A stretch of DNA of 37,908 bases from Actinomycetota bacterium (GTDB taxonomy: Bacteria; Actinomycetota; Actinomycetes; Actinomycetales; Microbacteriaceae): NCBI GenBank assembly GCA_041169265.1, contig JBEEJJ010000001.1, positions 1 to 37,908 of the forward strand, given 5' to 3'. A program made the position numbers and the translations under genes. The notes beneath the pieces were generated by a model. The model was not told the DNA's origin. It searched no databases and was given only the letters and a program-made list of their open reading frames with translations. This document shows, in pieces, positions 1 through 8,815 of this stretch (position 1 is the first letter of the stretch; the number at the start of each line of letters is the position of its first letter).

Positions 1-31
1 GCGATTCGCCTGCGGTGAGCCAACGTAACAT
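1..31 (-). CDS. aroC: chorismate synthase, N-terminal fragment (runs off the window edge)
   Basis: Reverse complement of 1-31 reads ATG TTA CGT TGG CTC ACC GCA GGC GAA TCG = MLRWLTAGES, the characteristic AroC N-terminus. It lies just downstream of aroE and is not in the ORF track. Confidence 0.88.
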   Translation of the reverse strand, partial: MLRWLTAGES

Positions 32-124
32 TCGTCAATTGTCGCACGAACCAACTTGTTAGCAGGCGACAACTCAAGATTTGGTTACAGCGGAATCGGA
101 ATCAGTTAGCGAATTTGCTCTGAC

Positions 125-964
125 TCAGTAAGCCAGGGCAGCGCTGCGCATCTCTGCTAGAACCTCGTGAATGAGACTGGCCTCGGCATCTTTGGCTAAA
201 GCGCCGAAGAACTTCAACTGCTCGAGTGCCTGTTGAACCAACATCTCGAGGCCACTCACACGCGAATCTTCAGGCCAAAGTGAGGCGAGGGGTGAGGGCC
301 AAGGATCGTATGTCACGTCGAAAATCCAAGACTGGCCAAACTTTTGATCGACCTCAAGCTCGACATCGGCCGAACCTGGAATCGTGTTGATGGTCAAATC
401 GGCCCCACCAAAATCTGCAGCCGCTTCGATTGGCAGCCAGATGCACTTTGTGCCGGGTTTAGCCGAGGAGATCACATCGAAGATCTCTTCGGCAGGCTCA
501 CTTCGTCGCGAGAAAAGAGTTAGTTCGTGGACGTGTTCGGCTGCGGTTACGGCTGCGAGGGCGGTTGACTTTGCCGTTGCTCCAGAACCGAGAATGGCGA
601 CCGAACTTACCTGGCTTGCAAATCCTTCGATGGCTCGACTGGCACCGATCAAATCGGTGTTTGCAACGGCAAGTGCCCCAGACTCACGAAAGAGAGTGTT
701 GCTGCTGAGAAGGGTTGCGCTTGCCTTGTCTCGGACCCAATCACGTGCCACGGCGATTTCGTAAAGACGTTCCTTTAGGGGCATGGTCGCGCTGAATCCA
801 GCAAACTCTGGGAGTCGTTCATCGAGAAATTTCTCAAGGCCATTCGAGGTCACTTGGAAACGCTCGTACTGCCAGTCGAGACCCAAAACTCGATAAGCGG
901 CCGTGTGGATAGCTGGACTCTTCGAATGAGAGATCGGGTCGCCCAATACTGCAAACTTCATCAT
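125..964 (-). CDS. aroE: shikimate dehydrogenase
   Basis: Motifs VLGDPISHSKSP, SATMPLK, NTD, GSGATA, DVTYDP and GLEMLVQQA. Start placed at ATG 964, which forms an ATGA overlap with the mltG stop. Confidence 0.95.
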   Translation of the reverse strand: MMKFAVLGDPISHSKSPAIHTAAYRVLGLDWQYERFQVTSNGLEKFLDERLPEFAGFSATMPLKERLYEIAVARDWVRDKASATLLSSNTLFRESGALAVANTDLIGASRAIEGFASQVSSVAILGSGATAKSTALAAVTAAEHVHELTLFSRRSEPAEEIFDVISSAKPGTKCIWLPIEAAADFGGADLTINTIPGSADVELEVDQKFGQSWIFDVTYDPWPSPLASLWPEDSRVSGLEMLVQQALEQLKFFGALAKDAEASLIHEVLAEMRSAALAY

Positions 965-1998
965 TCCCATCCAGGATTCGCGATCATCCATGCCCGCCAC
1001 TTTGCAACCGAGCGTTCGTGGCCGGCATAAGTTTCATTGAACTCGGTTTCACCGGTTTCTAGGTTCACAGTGCAGAAATACAACCACTCACCATTCGCCG
1101 GATTCAGAGCTGCTTCGATAGCGGCTCTTCCAGGCGCTGAGATAGGACCGGCTGGCAACCCCGCGTGAAGGTAGGTGTTCCACGGATTGTCGTTTGCCCT
1201 TTGGGCGGCAGTTGTCGAGACCGTTGTGGAGTTCACTCCATATGAAACGGTAGCGTCACTTTGCAGGTGCATCCCGATGTCAATTCGATTGAGAAACACC
1301 CTTGCCATCTTGCTGAAATCTGACGAAGAGCGCCCTTCACGTTGAACCAATGCGGCGAGGGTAAGCACGCGGTGTGTCTGCGAGGACTCCACGCCAAGAT
1401 CGTCGAGCTCCTCAAGCATCCGCTGATGCATCGCACGCAACATCGATTCGGCACTCTGTCCTGGTACAAACGCGTAGGTAGCCGGAAATAGGTAGCCATC
1501 GAGATTTAAAGCCGACTTGGGCAACCCAATGTCACTTGGTCTGACCGCCTCAAATTCAGAAACAGGCACGCTGTAGGTCTTCGAGAGCGCCTTGAAAATC
1601 TGGGATGCGCGCCATCCCTCTTTGATTAGAACCTTGGTCTCGACTCGACTTCCACCAGAAAGCAGTAACTCGATCGCGAGAGCCGAACTCATTTCCGTTC
1701 TCATTTGATATTGGCCTGGGAAGAACTCAGCGTTTGTTCGCAGAATCTCGCGGTAGGTCGGTGAAAAACTCTTGGTCACACCCGCGGCGACGAGTGATCT
1801 GGCCACGTCCTCGCCGGTCTCGCCGGCATGGATAGTCAGCACTACGTTCTTGCTTCCGCTACCCGAGTATTCAGCGCCGGTCATGACATCGACGAGTCCT
1901 CGAAGAGAGTCCTTGAATAGCAGTCCTCCGCCGCCGAGCACGATGGCGACGAGTACCGTGATGCTGATGAGTCGACGCCTGGCTCTATTCAACGCCAT
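961..1998 (-). CDS. mltG: endolytic transglycosylase MltG (YceG family)
   Basis: N-terminal TM helix; motifs DGYLFPATY, LAALVQRE, LQSDATV, WNTY..GLP.GPI..PG and LYF; conserved alaS-ruvX-mltG-aroE order. Confidence 0.95.
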   Translation of the reverse strand: MALNRARRRLISITVLVAIVLGGGGLLFKDSLRGLVDVMTGAEYSGSGSKNVVLTIHAGETGEDVARSLVAAGVTKSFSPTYREILRTNAEFFPGQYQMRTEMSSALAIELLLSGGSRVETKVLIKEGWRASQIFKALSKTYSVPVSEFEAVRPSDIGLPKSALNLDGYLFPATYAFVPGQSAESMLRAMHQRMLEELDDLGVESSQTHRVLTLAALVQREGRSSSDFSKMARVFLNRIDIGMHLQSDATVSYGVNSTTVSTTAAQRANDNPWNTYLHAGLPAGPISAPGRAAIEAALNPANGEWLYFCTVNLETGETEFNETYAGHERSVAKWRAWMIANPGWE

Positions 1999-2443
1999 AG
2001 GAGTCCACCGTCTTTCCAGCTTCACGACCGGCCTTCAAGATTTCTAGAGCTCGTTCGAGTATTTCTACCGCGCTAGCCGAGTCAATCCAGTCTTTTGAGC
2101 TCTTGGCCGTGTGTCCAGCGGAGTGCATAGCCGTCTGCGCGGCTCTTGTGCTTAGTCGTTCGTCGATCATGCGAACTCGCGTGGTCGTAATTGCCTCGAT
2201 GTCCTGGGCAAAATAGATCGCGTCATAGGTTGATTGAGTGAACTTGCCTTCGAGATTTATGGGCAATCCGACATAGATTGCCACGGGCTCGTGTTCATCG
2301 AGAAGTTGTTTGACGGCTTGAATCTCATCCCCGTTGCACTCGATTCGAGCAATTGGAGAAGCCAAAATTCCGTCTGGGTCACAGATGGCTACGCCGATGC
2401 GTGCAGAGCCAACATCGAAGGCGATGCGACGCCCACGTTGCAT
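1985..2443 (-). CDS. ruvX: YqgF/RuvX family RNase H-like nuclease (pre-16S rRNA maturation)
   Basis: Motifs AFDVGSARIGVA, VGLP, DERLST and IDSASA; lies downstream of alaS. Confidence 0.95.
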   Translation of the reverse strand: MQRGRRIAFDVGSARIGVAICDPDGILASPIARIECNGDEIQAVKQLLDEHEPVAIYVGLPINLEGKFTQSTYDAIYFAQDIEAITTTRVRMIDERLSTRAAQTAMHSAGHTAKSSKDWIDSASAVEILERALEILKAGREAGKTVDSYGVE

Positions 2444-2445
2444 CT

Positions 2446-5097
2446 CTAGATTGCGCTTTCGATTGCGTTGATTGCTTCGGATAGCTTGGAGACGTCGGTT
2501 CCTCCACCTTGGGCGTAGTCATCTTTGCCACCGCCACCGCCACCGAGGATGCCGCTGGCAAGTCGAACCAACTCCCCTGCTTTGAGGCCGGCTGACCTAG
2601 CCGAGTCAGTCGTGGCCACCGCTACGAGGGGCTTACCTGCGCTAATTGCCGTGGCAACAACGATTGCGTCCTGTCCCGAGACTCGACCGCGCGCATCCAG
2701 TGCGATGGTGCGAATGTCGGCAGCATCGCTTAGCTCGCCAAGTGGCAAAACAACCACAGAATGGCCGTTGACTGATCTAGCCGCCGCAATCGCCGGGGCA
2801 ATCGCCAAAGCCAAGCGTTCGCTGTTCAAGCTTGCTAACTTCTTTTGCGCGCTCTTCAGGTCTTCAACCGAGGCGAGGATGCGGTCTTCGAGTTGCTCGC
2901 GCGGCACCTTTAGTGAATCCACGAGACGATTTACCAAGGCGCGTTCGGTTGCCAGGGCGCGGAACGCTTCGATTCCGACCAAAGCTTCGAGGCGTCGCGA
3001 ACCCGAACCAACCGAGGACTCGCCGATCATCGAAACTAATCCGATTTGGGACGAGCGAGAGACGTGCGTTCCACCGCAGAGCTCACGAGACCATGGACCG
3101 CCAATTTGGATTACGCGAACCGACTCGTCGTAGGTCTCTCCGAAGAGCGCTACCGCTCCCCACTCCTTAGCTTGTGGAAGGCTCATAAACTGAGCGCTGA
3201 CGGCATAGTCGCCACGGATTGCCAGGTTTGATACCTCTTCAATTTCGCTGCGGGTTTCGAGCGACAGCGCTGATTGCCATGCGAAGTCGAGTCGCAGGTA
3301 GCCAGGCTTGTTGTATGAGCCCGACTGAAGCGCCTGAGGACCAAGCACCTGGCGAAGAGCGGCGTGAACCACGTGGGTTCCGGAGTGTGCTTGGCAAGCA
3401 CCTAGTCGCCATTCTGGGTCAACCTTGGTGGTCGCTGTAGAACCGACGGAAATCTCGCCAGAGCGCACAATGGCCTTGTGTGAGATCAAGCCCTTGACCG
3501 GCTTCTGCACGTCGAGAACCTCTAGCTCAAAGCCATTGCCCGTAATCAAACCGTTGTCGGCCTCCTGACCGCCGGACTCGGCGTAGAGCGAGGTTTCATC
3601 GAGGATCACTTCAACGATTTGACCCACTTCGGCGCGCTTGTTCGACTGACCATCGACAATCAAACCGAGCACCTTGCCCTCGGTGTTGAGTTCGTCGTAG
3701 CCGGTGAACTTGGTTACACCCATGCCGCGGAACTCCGAGTAAACGCTGAGGTCGGTGCCGCCCAGCTTCTTCTCGCGAGCATCGGCCTTCGCACGATCAC
3801 GCTGTTCGGCCATCAGAGTCTTGAAGCCGTCTCGGTCGACGGATAGGCCCTGCTCCTCGGCGATTTCAAGAGTCAAATCGATTGGGAAGCCGTAGGTGTC
3901 GTGAAGCAAGAACGCCTTTTCGCCGCTTAGCGAGATGGACCCCGAAGATTTTGTTTCGGCGAGGGCCTCATCCAAGACCGACGAGCCCGTGACCAATGTG
4001 CGCAAGAATGTTTCTTCTTCGTTGACAGCCGTGGTCAGGATTCGCTTGAACTCTCCTTCGAGTTCGGGATACGAGTCGACCATCGCGTTCTTCGACGCCG
4101 TGAACAGCTCACTAAAGACAGGTCGATCGACCCCCAGCAGGCGCATTGCACGCACGACTCGGCGTAGCAAGCGACGCAGAACATAGCCTCGTCCATCATT
4201 TGCTGGTGTGACTCCGTCGCCAATTAGCATGAGCGCTGACCTAACGTGGTCGGCAACGACGCGCATTCGCACGTCATCCTCGACTGAAGCGCCGTAGGTC
4301 TTGCCAGAGAGTCTGGCGGCTAGGTCCAGAACGGGACGTACCTCATCGATTTCGTAGAGGTTTTCCACTCCCTGCATCAGGAATGCAACTCGCTCGAGCC
4401 CCATTCCGGTGTCGATGTTTTTCTTGGGAAGTTCACCCAGAATTGGGTAATCTTCTTTGCCGCCACCGGCACCTCGTTCGTACTGCATGAAAACAAGGTT
4501 CCAGATTTCGATGTAACGGTCTTCGTCTTCTTCGGGACCGCCCTCGCGGCCATACGCCGGCCCACGATCGAAATAGATTTCGCTACACGGACCTGCTGGC
4601 CCCGGTTGCCCAGTCGACCAGAAGTTGTCCTTCATGCCGCGCTTTTGGATGCGCTCGAGTGGAATGTCGGCCACTTCGCGCCAAATGGCGATGGACTCCT
4701 CGTCGTCCTTGTAGACCGTGGCCCAGAGGTCTTGGGGATTGAAGCCTAGGCCCCCTTTATCTTGTGGCGAAGTCAGAAACTCCCAGGCAAAACTGATCGC
4801 CTCGCGCTTGAAATAGTCGCCAAACGAGAAGTTGCCGTTCATCTGGAAGAAGGTGCCGTGGCGGGTGGTCTTTCCGACCTCCTCGATGTCCAGAGTGCGC
4901 ACACACTTCTGCACGCTTGTCGCGCGAGCGAATGGCGCAGGGACGAGGCCACTCATGTAAGGGATGAACGGTACCATGCCGGCAACCGTGAAAAGAAGCG
5001 ATGGGTCTTCGCTAATCAGCGAAGCGGAAGGTACGACGGTGTGTCCCTTAGATTCGAAAAAGGCGAGCCAACGCCGCTTAATCTCAGCGGTTTTCAC
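2446..5097 (-). CDS. alaS: alanine--tRNA ligase
   Basis: Motifs LLFTVAGMVPF, RHGTFFQMNGNFSFGDYFK, DTGMGLER, editing HxxxH and ELCGGTH, and C-terminal GGGGG; 883 aa. Confidence 0.99.
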   Translation of the reverse strand: MKTAEIKRRWLAFFESKGHTVVPSASLISEDPSLLFTVAGMVPFIPYMSGLVPAPFARATSVQKCVRTLDIEEVGKTTRHGTFFQMNGNFSFGDYFKREAISFAWEFLTSPQDKGGLGFNPQDLWATVYKDDEESIAIWREVADIPLERIQKRGMKDNFWSTGQPGPAGPCSEIYFDRGPAYGREGGPEEDEDRYIEIWNLVFMQYERGAGGGKEDYPILGELPKKNIDTGMGLERVAFLMQGVENLYEIDEVRPVLDLAARLSGKTYGASVEDDVRMRVVADHVRSALMLIGDGVTPANDGRGYVLRRLLRRVVRAMRLLGVDRPVFSELFTASKNAMVDSYPELEGEFKRILTTAVNEEETFLRTLVTGSSVLDEALAETKSSGSISLSGEKAFLLHDTYGFPIDLTLEIAEEQGLSVDRDGFKTLMAEQRDRAKADAREKKLGGTDLSVYSEFRGMGVTKFTGYDELNTEGKVLGLIVDGQSNKRAEVGQIVEVILDETSLYAESGGQEADNGLITGNGFELEVLDVQKPVKGLISHKAIVRSGEISVGSTATTKVDPEWRLGACQAHSGTHVVHAALRQVLGPQALQSGSYNKPGYLRLDFAWQSALSLETRSEIEEVSNLAIRGDYAVSAQFMSLPQAKEWGAVALFGETYDESVRVIQIGGPWSRELCGGTHVSRSSQIGLVSMIGESSVGSGSRRLEALVGIEAFRALATERALVNRLVDSLKVPREQLEDRILASVEDLKSAQKKLASLNSERLALAIAPAIAAARSVNGHSVVVLPLGELSDAADIRTIALDARGRVSGQDAIVVATAISAGKPLVAVATTDSARSAGLKAGELVRLASGILGGGGGGKDDYAQGGGTDVSKLSEAINAIESAI

Positions 5098-5099
5098 GG

Positions 5100-5378
5100 C
5101 TACTGAGCGCTTGCTGGCTTCTTGGCGGCAGGCTTCTTAGTTGGTGCCTTCTTGGCGGCAGGCTTTGAAGCGCTTTTCGCGGCAGGCTTTGCTGCGGCAT
5201 CCTCGGTTGCGAGTTCCTCGTCACGCTCAGAGTAGCCCTCGGCGAAAGCAGTTCCGAACTCGATTGCGGCGCGCTTTAGGTCTTCGGCAACTGCCTTGGC
5301 CTTTGGGTTGGTCTCAATCTGCTTTGCGATCGCGAGACCAGCGGCAACACCTGAGATTAGCCAAAATAGTTTCTTCAT
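5100..5378 (-). CDS. small membrane-anchored hypothetical protein with Lys/Ala/Pro-rich tail
   Basis: N-terminal hydrophobic segment (LFWLISGVAAGLAIA) and C-terminal PAAKK repeats; 2-nt spacers on both sides within the operon. Confidence 0.8.
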   Translation of the reverse strand: MKKLFWLISGVAAGLAIAKQIETNPKAKAVAEDLKRAAIEFGTAFAEGYSERDEELATEDAAAKPAAKSASKPAAKKAPTKKPAAKKPASAQ

Positions 5379-5380
5379 GA

Positions 5381-5728
5381 TTACTTCTTACCCTTCATGA
5401 TTTTCGACAGACTAACCCCGAGTCCAGCTAGCTTCATGAGCGGGCCGCCCAGCGCCTGTGTAAATACGGCACTGAGCGAAGCCACGTTCAATGAAACTTC
5501 TTCTACGCTCGTAGTGATCTTGTCGATCTTTGCGAGCTGTTTGTTGGTTTCAGATACGGTCTCATTGAGACCCTCCAAAACCGGCTCAAGTCCATCGGTG
5601 AGCGACTTGATTGAGTCGCTAACTTCGTCGACAGTGCGACCAAGCTTCAGTAGCGGAACAGCAGCAGCAAGCGAGAGCAGAGCAAACGCGATTGCGGCGA
5701 TTAGTGCAGCTACGTCACCGATGTTCAT
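5381..5728 (-). CDS. DUF948 family membrane protein
   Basis: TM helix followed by a coiled-coil-like segment; GGAGG SD upstream; typical actinobacterial position between rpsD and alaS. Confidence 0.85.
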   Translation of the reverse strand: MNIGDVAALIAAIAFALLSLAAAVPLLKLGRTVDEVSDSIKSLTDGLEPVLEGLNETVSETNKQLAKIDKITTSVEEVSLNVASLSAVFTQALGGPLMKLAGLGVSLSKIMKGKK

Positions 5729-5746
5729 GATGCCTCCTAGGACTAA

Positions 5747-6376
5747 CTATCGTGCAGCGTAGTACTCGACCACAAGCTGAACTTCACAAGTCACAGGAAC
5801 CTCAGCGCGCTTTGGGCGACGCACGAGAGTTGCGTGTAGCTTGTCCAGCTGGACATCGAGGTAAGCAGGAACTGGTGGCAGAACGTCGACGTGACCGCCG
5901 GCTGCTGCAACCTGGAATGGCTCGGTTCCTTCGCTCTTAGCGTGAACGTGGATGAGCTGACCTGGCTTTACGCGGAACGAAGGGCGGTCAATGCGCTCTC
6001 CGTTTACGAGAATGTGGCGGTGGACGACCATCTGGCGAGCCTGGGCGATCGTGCGAGCAAAGCCTGCACGAAGCACGAGTGCATCTAGGCGCATCTCTAG
6101 AAGCTCTACTAGGTTTTCACCGGTCATACCCTCGGAGCGCTTGGCTTCCTGGAAGGTGTTGCGCAGTTGTGCCTCGCGAATGCCGTATTGGGCGCGAAGA
6201 CGCTGCTTCTCGCGAAGGCGAACGGCGTAGTCGCTGTCAGCCTTGCGCTTGGTGCGTCCGTGCTCACCTGGAGCGTATGGGCGCTTTTCTAGATATTTGG
6301 CGGCCTTCGGGGTGAGGGCCAGTCCGAGTGCGCGAGACAGACGAGTCTTGCTGCGTGTACGTGTGGTTTTAGACAC
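5747..6376 (-). CDS. rpsD: 30S ribosomal protein S4
   Basis: Motifs RPYAPGEHG, SDYAVRLREKQ, LEMRLD, ARQMVVHRHILVNG and LVVEYY; GTG start with GAAAGGA SD. Confidence 0.99.
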   Translation of the reverse strand: MSKTTRTRSKTRLSRALGLALTPKAAKYLEKRPYAPGEHGRTKRKADSDYAVRLREKQRLRAQYGIREAQLRNTFQEAKRSEGMTGENLVELLEMRLDALVLRAGFARTIAQARQMVVHRHILVNGERIDRPSFRVKPGQLIHVHAKSEGTEPFQVAAAGGHVDVLPPVPAYLDVQLDKLHATLVRRPKRAEVPVTCEVQLVVEYYAAR

Positions 6377-6527
6377 GTGGTCCTTTCAAAATGAATAGCG
6401 GTTTAGAAGGAGAAGCACTTAGAGCGGTGCACCTCTTTGGCCAGCTTCGCCCCGGCTATTAGGCGAATCACCCGTTGAACTTCGCACAGCCGCGATTGAA
6501 GTTCAGGTTGGCAACCTCAAAAGTTTA
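6377..6527 (-). promoter_or_regulatory. rpsD promoter (-10 TAAACT at 6522-6527) and ~140-nt structured 5' leader
   Basis: TAnnnT hexamer followed by inverted repeats at 6476-6483/6498-6505, 6446-6451/6462-6467 and 6415-6418/6427-6430, then the SD. Confidence 0.6.
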
Positions 6528-6627
6528 GCAGGACACGCGATTTTCGCGCTACCGAACTAACAAGCTTTTTGTCGGAGTGGAAAAGTTCGCTAGGTCGATG
6601 CCCTCGGCTGACTGCGAGATCTAACCG

Positions 6628-7947
6628 TTAACTCTTTCGGATAATCGCACGAAGTTTTGCCCAAAGCTCGACAAACGCATTCTCTTTGCCCGATGCCTTC
6701 GGCAGGTAGTAGTTCTTGGCCAACACCTTTTTGTCGGCGTAGTCCTGTTGGGCAATCATCCTTGGTTCCTCATGGGGATAGATGTAGTCGGTTGTCTTAT
6801 CCACTGAGCGGGAAAGTTCATTCGACCTAAGGTGAGCGGGAACATTTGGGGTCAACCCCGACCGAACGTCGGCAAGCGCATCGTTGATCGCTAAGTAAGC
6901 GCTATTGCTCTTCGGCGCGAGGGCAAGGAATATGGTCACCTCGGCCAGCGGAATCCGACCCTCAGGCATGCCAATCGACTCGACCGCCTGTGCGGCAGCG
7001 ACTGCTAGCGCAAGCGCTTGCGGCTCAGCCAAACCAATGTCTTCGGCGGCCAGGATGATCAATCTGCGTGCGATGAATCGGGGGTCTTCTCCCCCGTCAA
7101 TCATTCTTGCCAAGTAATGGATTGCCGCATCGGCATCTGAGCCGCGAACTGACTTTATAAATGCACTGATTATGTCGTAATGCTGATCTCCGGCGCGGTC
7201 GTATCGACTTGCCGCCACCGAGGTGGAGGAAACAACGTCTTCTATGCCGATTTCCACCAGATCCGAAACCTGTGGGTTAGCCAGCCAGGATGCTGCTGCC
7301 GCCGCCTCGAGAGTGGTCAATGCTCGACGCATGTCTCCGTTGGCTCTTGAGATGATTCCCTCTCGAGCCTCATCGGTCAGAATGGCCTGGCCAGCGAATC
7401 CACGCTCGTCGAGCAACGCCCTCGATAAAACGGCATCGATCGCTTCATCTGTGAGGGTCTCAAGAGTGACTAAAAGTGAGCGCGAGAGTAGCGGGTCGAT
7501 AACGCTGAAGCTGGGGTTTTCGGTCGTGGCCGCAATCATCGTTAGCCAACCCGCTTCGACCGCTGGCAAAAGCGCGTCCTGTTGCGTCTTCGAGAAACGG
7601 TGGATCTCGTCGATAAACAGAACTGTCTGCTTCGAATAGAGCTGTGAATCGACCTTTGCTTGGTCTATCACCTCGCGCACATCCTTGACGCCGGCATTTA
7701 CTGCGCTGAGTTCCTTAAAGGTCAAACCGGATGCGGTGGCAATAAGGTTCGCGAGTGTTGTTTTGCCTGTACCAGGCGGCCCCCAGAGAATGATGGATTG
7801 GGAGACCGGCGAAGTAGCCTCCACGAGGCGTCGAAGTGCCGAACCTTTGCCGAGAGCCTTGGTTTGGCCAACTACCTCGTCTACAGTCTTCGGGCGCATC
7901 CGTGCGGCAAGAGGTGTTGCACTCAAAAACCTAAACTCGTCGGCCAT
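6628..7947 (-). CDS. rarA: replication-associated recombination protein A (MgsA/RarA AAA+ ATPase)
   Basis: Motifs PLAARMRP, Walker A GPPGTGKT, FIDEIHRF, ATTENPSF, SAFIKSVRGSD and PKSNSAY. Confidence 0.97.
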   Translation of the reverse strand: MADEFRFLSATPLAARMRPKTVDEVVGQTKALGKGSALRRLVEATSPVSQSIILWGPPGTGKTTLANLIATASGLTFKELSAVNAGVKDVREVIDQAKVDSQLYSKQTVLFIDEIHRFSKTQQDALLPAVEAGWLTMIAATTENPSFSVIDPLLSRSLLVTLETLTDEAIDAVLSRALLDERGFAGQAILTDEAREGIISRANGDMRRALTTLEAAAAASWLANPQVSDLVEIGIEDVVSSTSVAASRYDRAGDQHYDIISAFIKSVRGSDADAAIHYLARMIDGGEDPRFIARRLIILAAEDIGLAEPQALALAVAAAQAVESIGMPEGRIPLAEVTIFLALAPKSNSAYLAINDALADVRSGLTPNVPAHLRSNELSRSVDKTTDYIYPHEEPRMIAQQDYADKKVLAKNYYLPKASGKENAFVELWAKLRAIIRKS

Positions 7948-8035
7948 GCAACAAGGCTAGCCAATCCGAAAGGTAAACCAATTACCGACCGCATTGGAGT
8001 CGGTAGACTTTCTAAGTCATCAACACGGAGGAATC

Positions 8036-8794
8036 GTGGCAAAGAACGAAAAGCTATCGAAGGCTGCTCAAGACCGCTTGAAGAACTATGAGGTCAAGAC
8101 GGTCGCGCAGAATGACACACAGGCAACTCGCAAGCGCGACAACCGAGTGTCCATTTTGGTATCTCTCGCCGCCGTAATCGTTGCACTAGGTTCGCAGTAC
8201 ATCTACTTCGGAGTCGGTCCCGGAGCTCCAACTCCAACACCAACTATCGTCGAATCGAATAGCGCGGACGTGCCACCTGCCTCGCTCTCTGAAAACCGCG
8301 AATGGACCGGTTCGATGACTCTCAACAAGACTCCGATGGAGTTCACCCTCGACGGCAAAGCTGCCCCTCAAGCGGTCGCTAACTTCGTGAGTCTCGTGAA
8401 TAAGGGTTTCTATGAAAACACCGCTTGCCACCGCTTGACGGTTGAGAAACTGTTCGTTCTGCAGTGTGGCGATCCCAAGGGTGACGGCACCGGTGGTCCC
8501 GGTTATTCGTTCGGTCCCCTTGAAAACGTTCCAACTGACGACGTTTACAAGGCCGGCGTCATCGCCATGGCTCGTCAATCGAACAAGGCTTTCAGCCAGG
8601 GTTCCCAGTTCTTCATCGTCTACAGTGCTACTGCTCTTCCTAGGGATGCGGCAGGAGGTTACACCGTGATCGGCCGCATTTCGAGTGGGCTGCAAGGTGT
8701 GCTTGCTGTAGTGCAAAAAGGTGTGCAAGGTGAAGGTGTTTCCGATGGAAAGCCAGTCTCCCCCGCCGTGCTTTCCAAACTTTCCGTCAAGTAA
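8036..8794 (+). CDS. membrane-anchored cyclophilin-type peptidyl-prolyl isomerase
   Basis: Motifs FY..T.CHRL, VLQCGDP.GDGTGGPGY, AMA, GSQFFIV and YTVIG, plus a TM helix. GTG 8036 follows GGAGGA, with -10 TAGACT upstream. Confidence 0.93.
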   Translation: MAKNEKLSKAAQDRLKNYEVKTVAQNDTQATRKRDNRVSILVSLAAVIVALGSQYIYFGVGPGAPTPTPTIVESNSADVPPASLSENREWTGSMTLNKTPMEFTLDGKAAPQAVANFVSLVNKGFYENTACHRLTVEKLFVLQCGDPKGDGTGGPGYSFGPLENVPTDDVYKAGVIAMARQSNKAFSQGSQFFIVYSATALPRDAAGGYTVIGRISSGLQGVLAVVQKGVQGEGVSDGKPVSPAVLSKLSVK

Positions 8795-8815
8795 CAAACA
8801 AACCAGGAGAATCTG

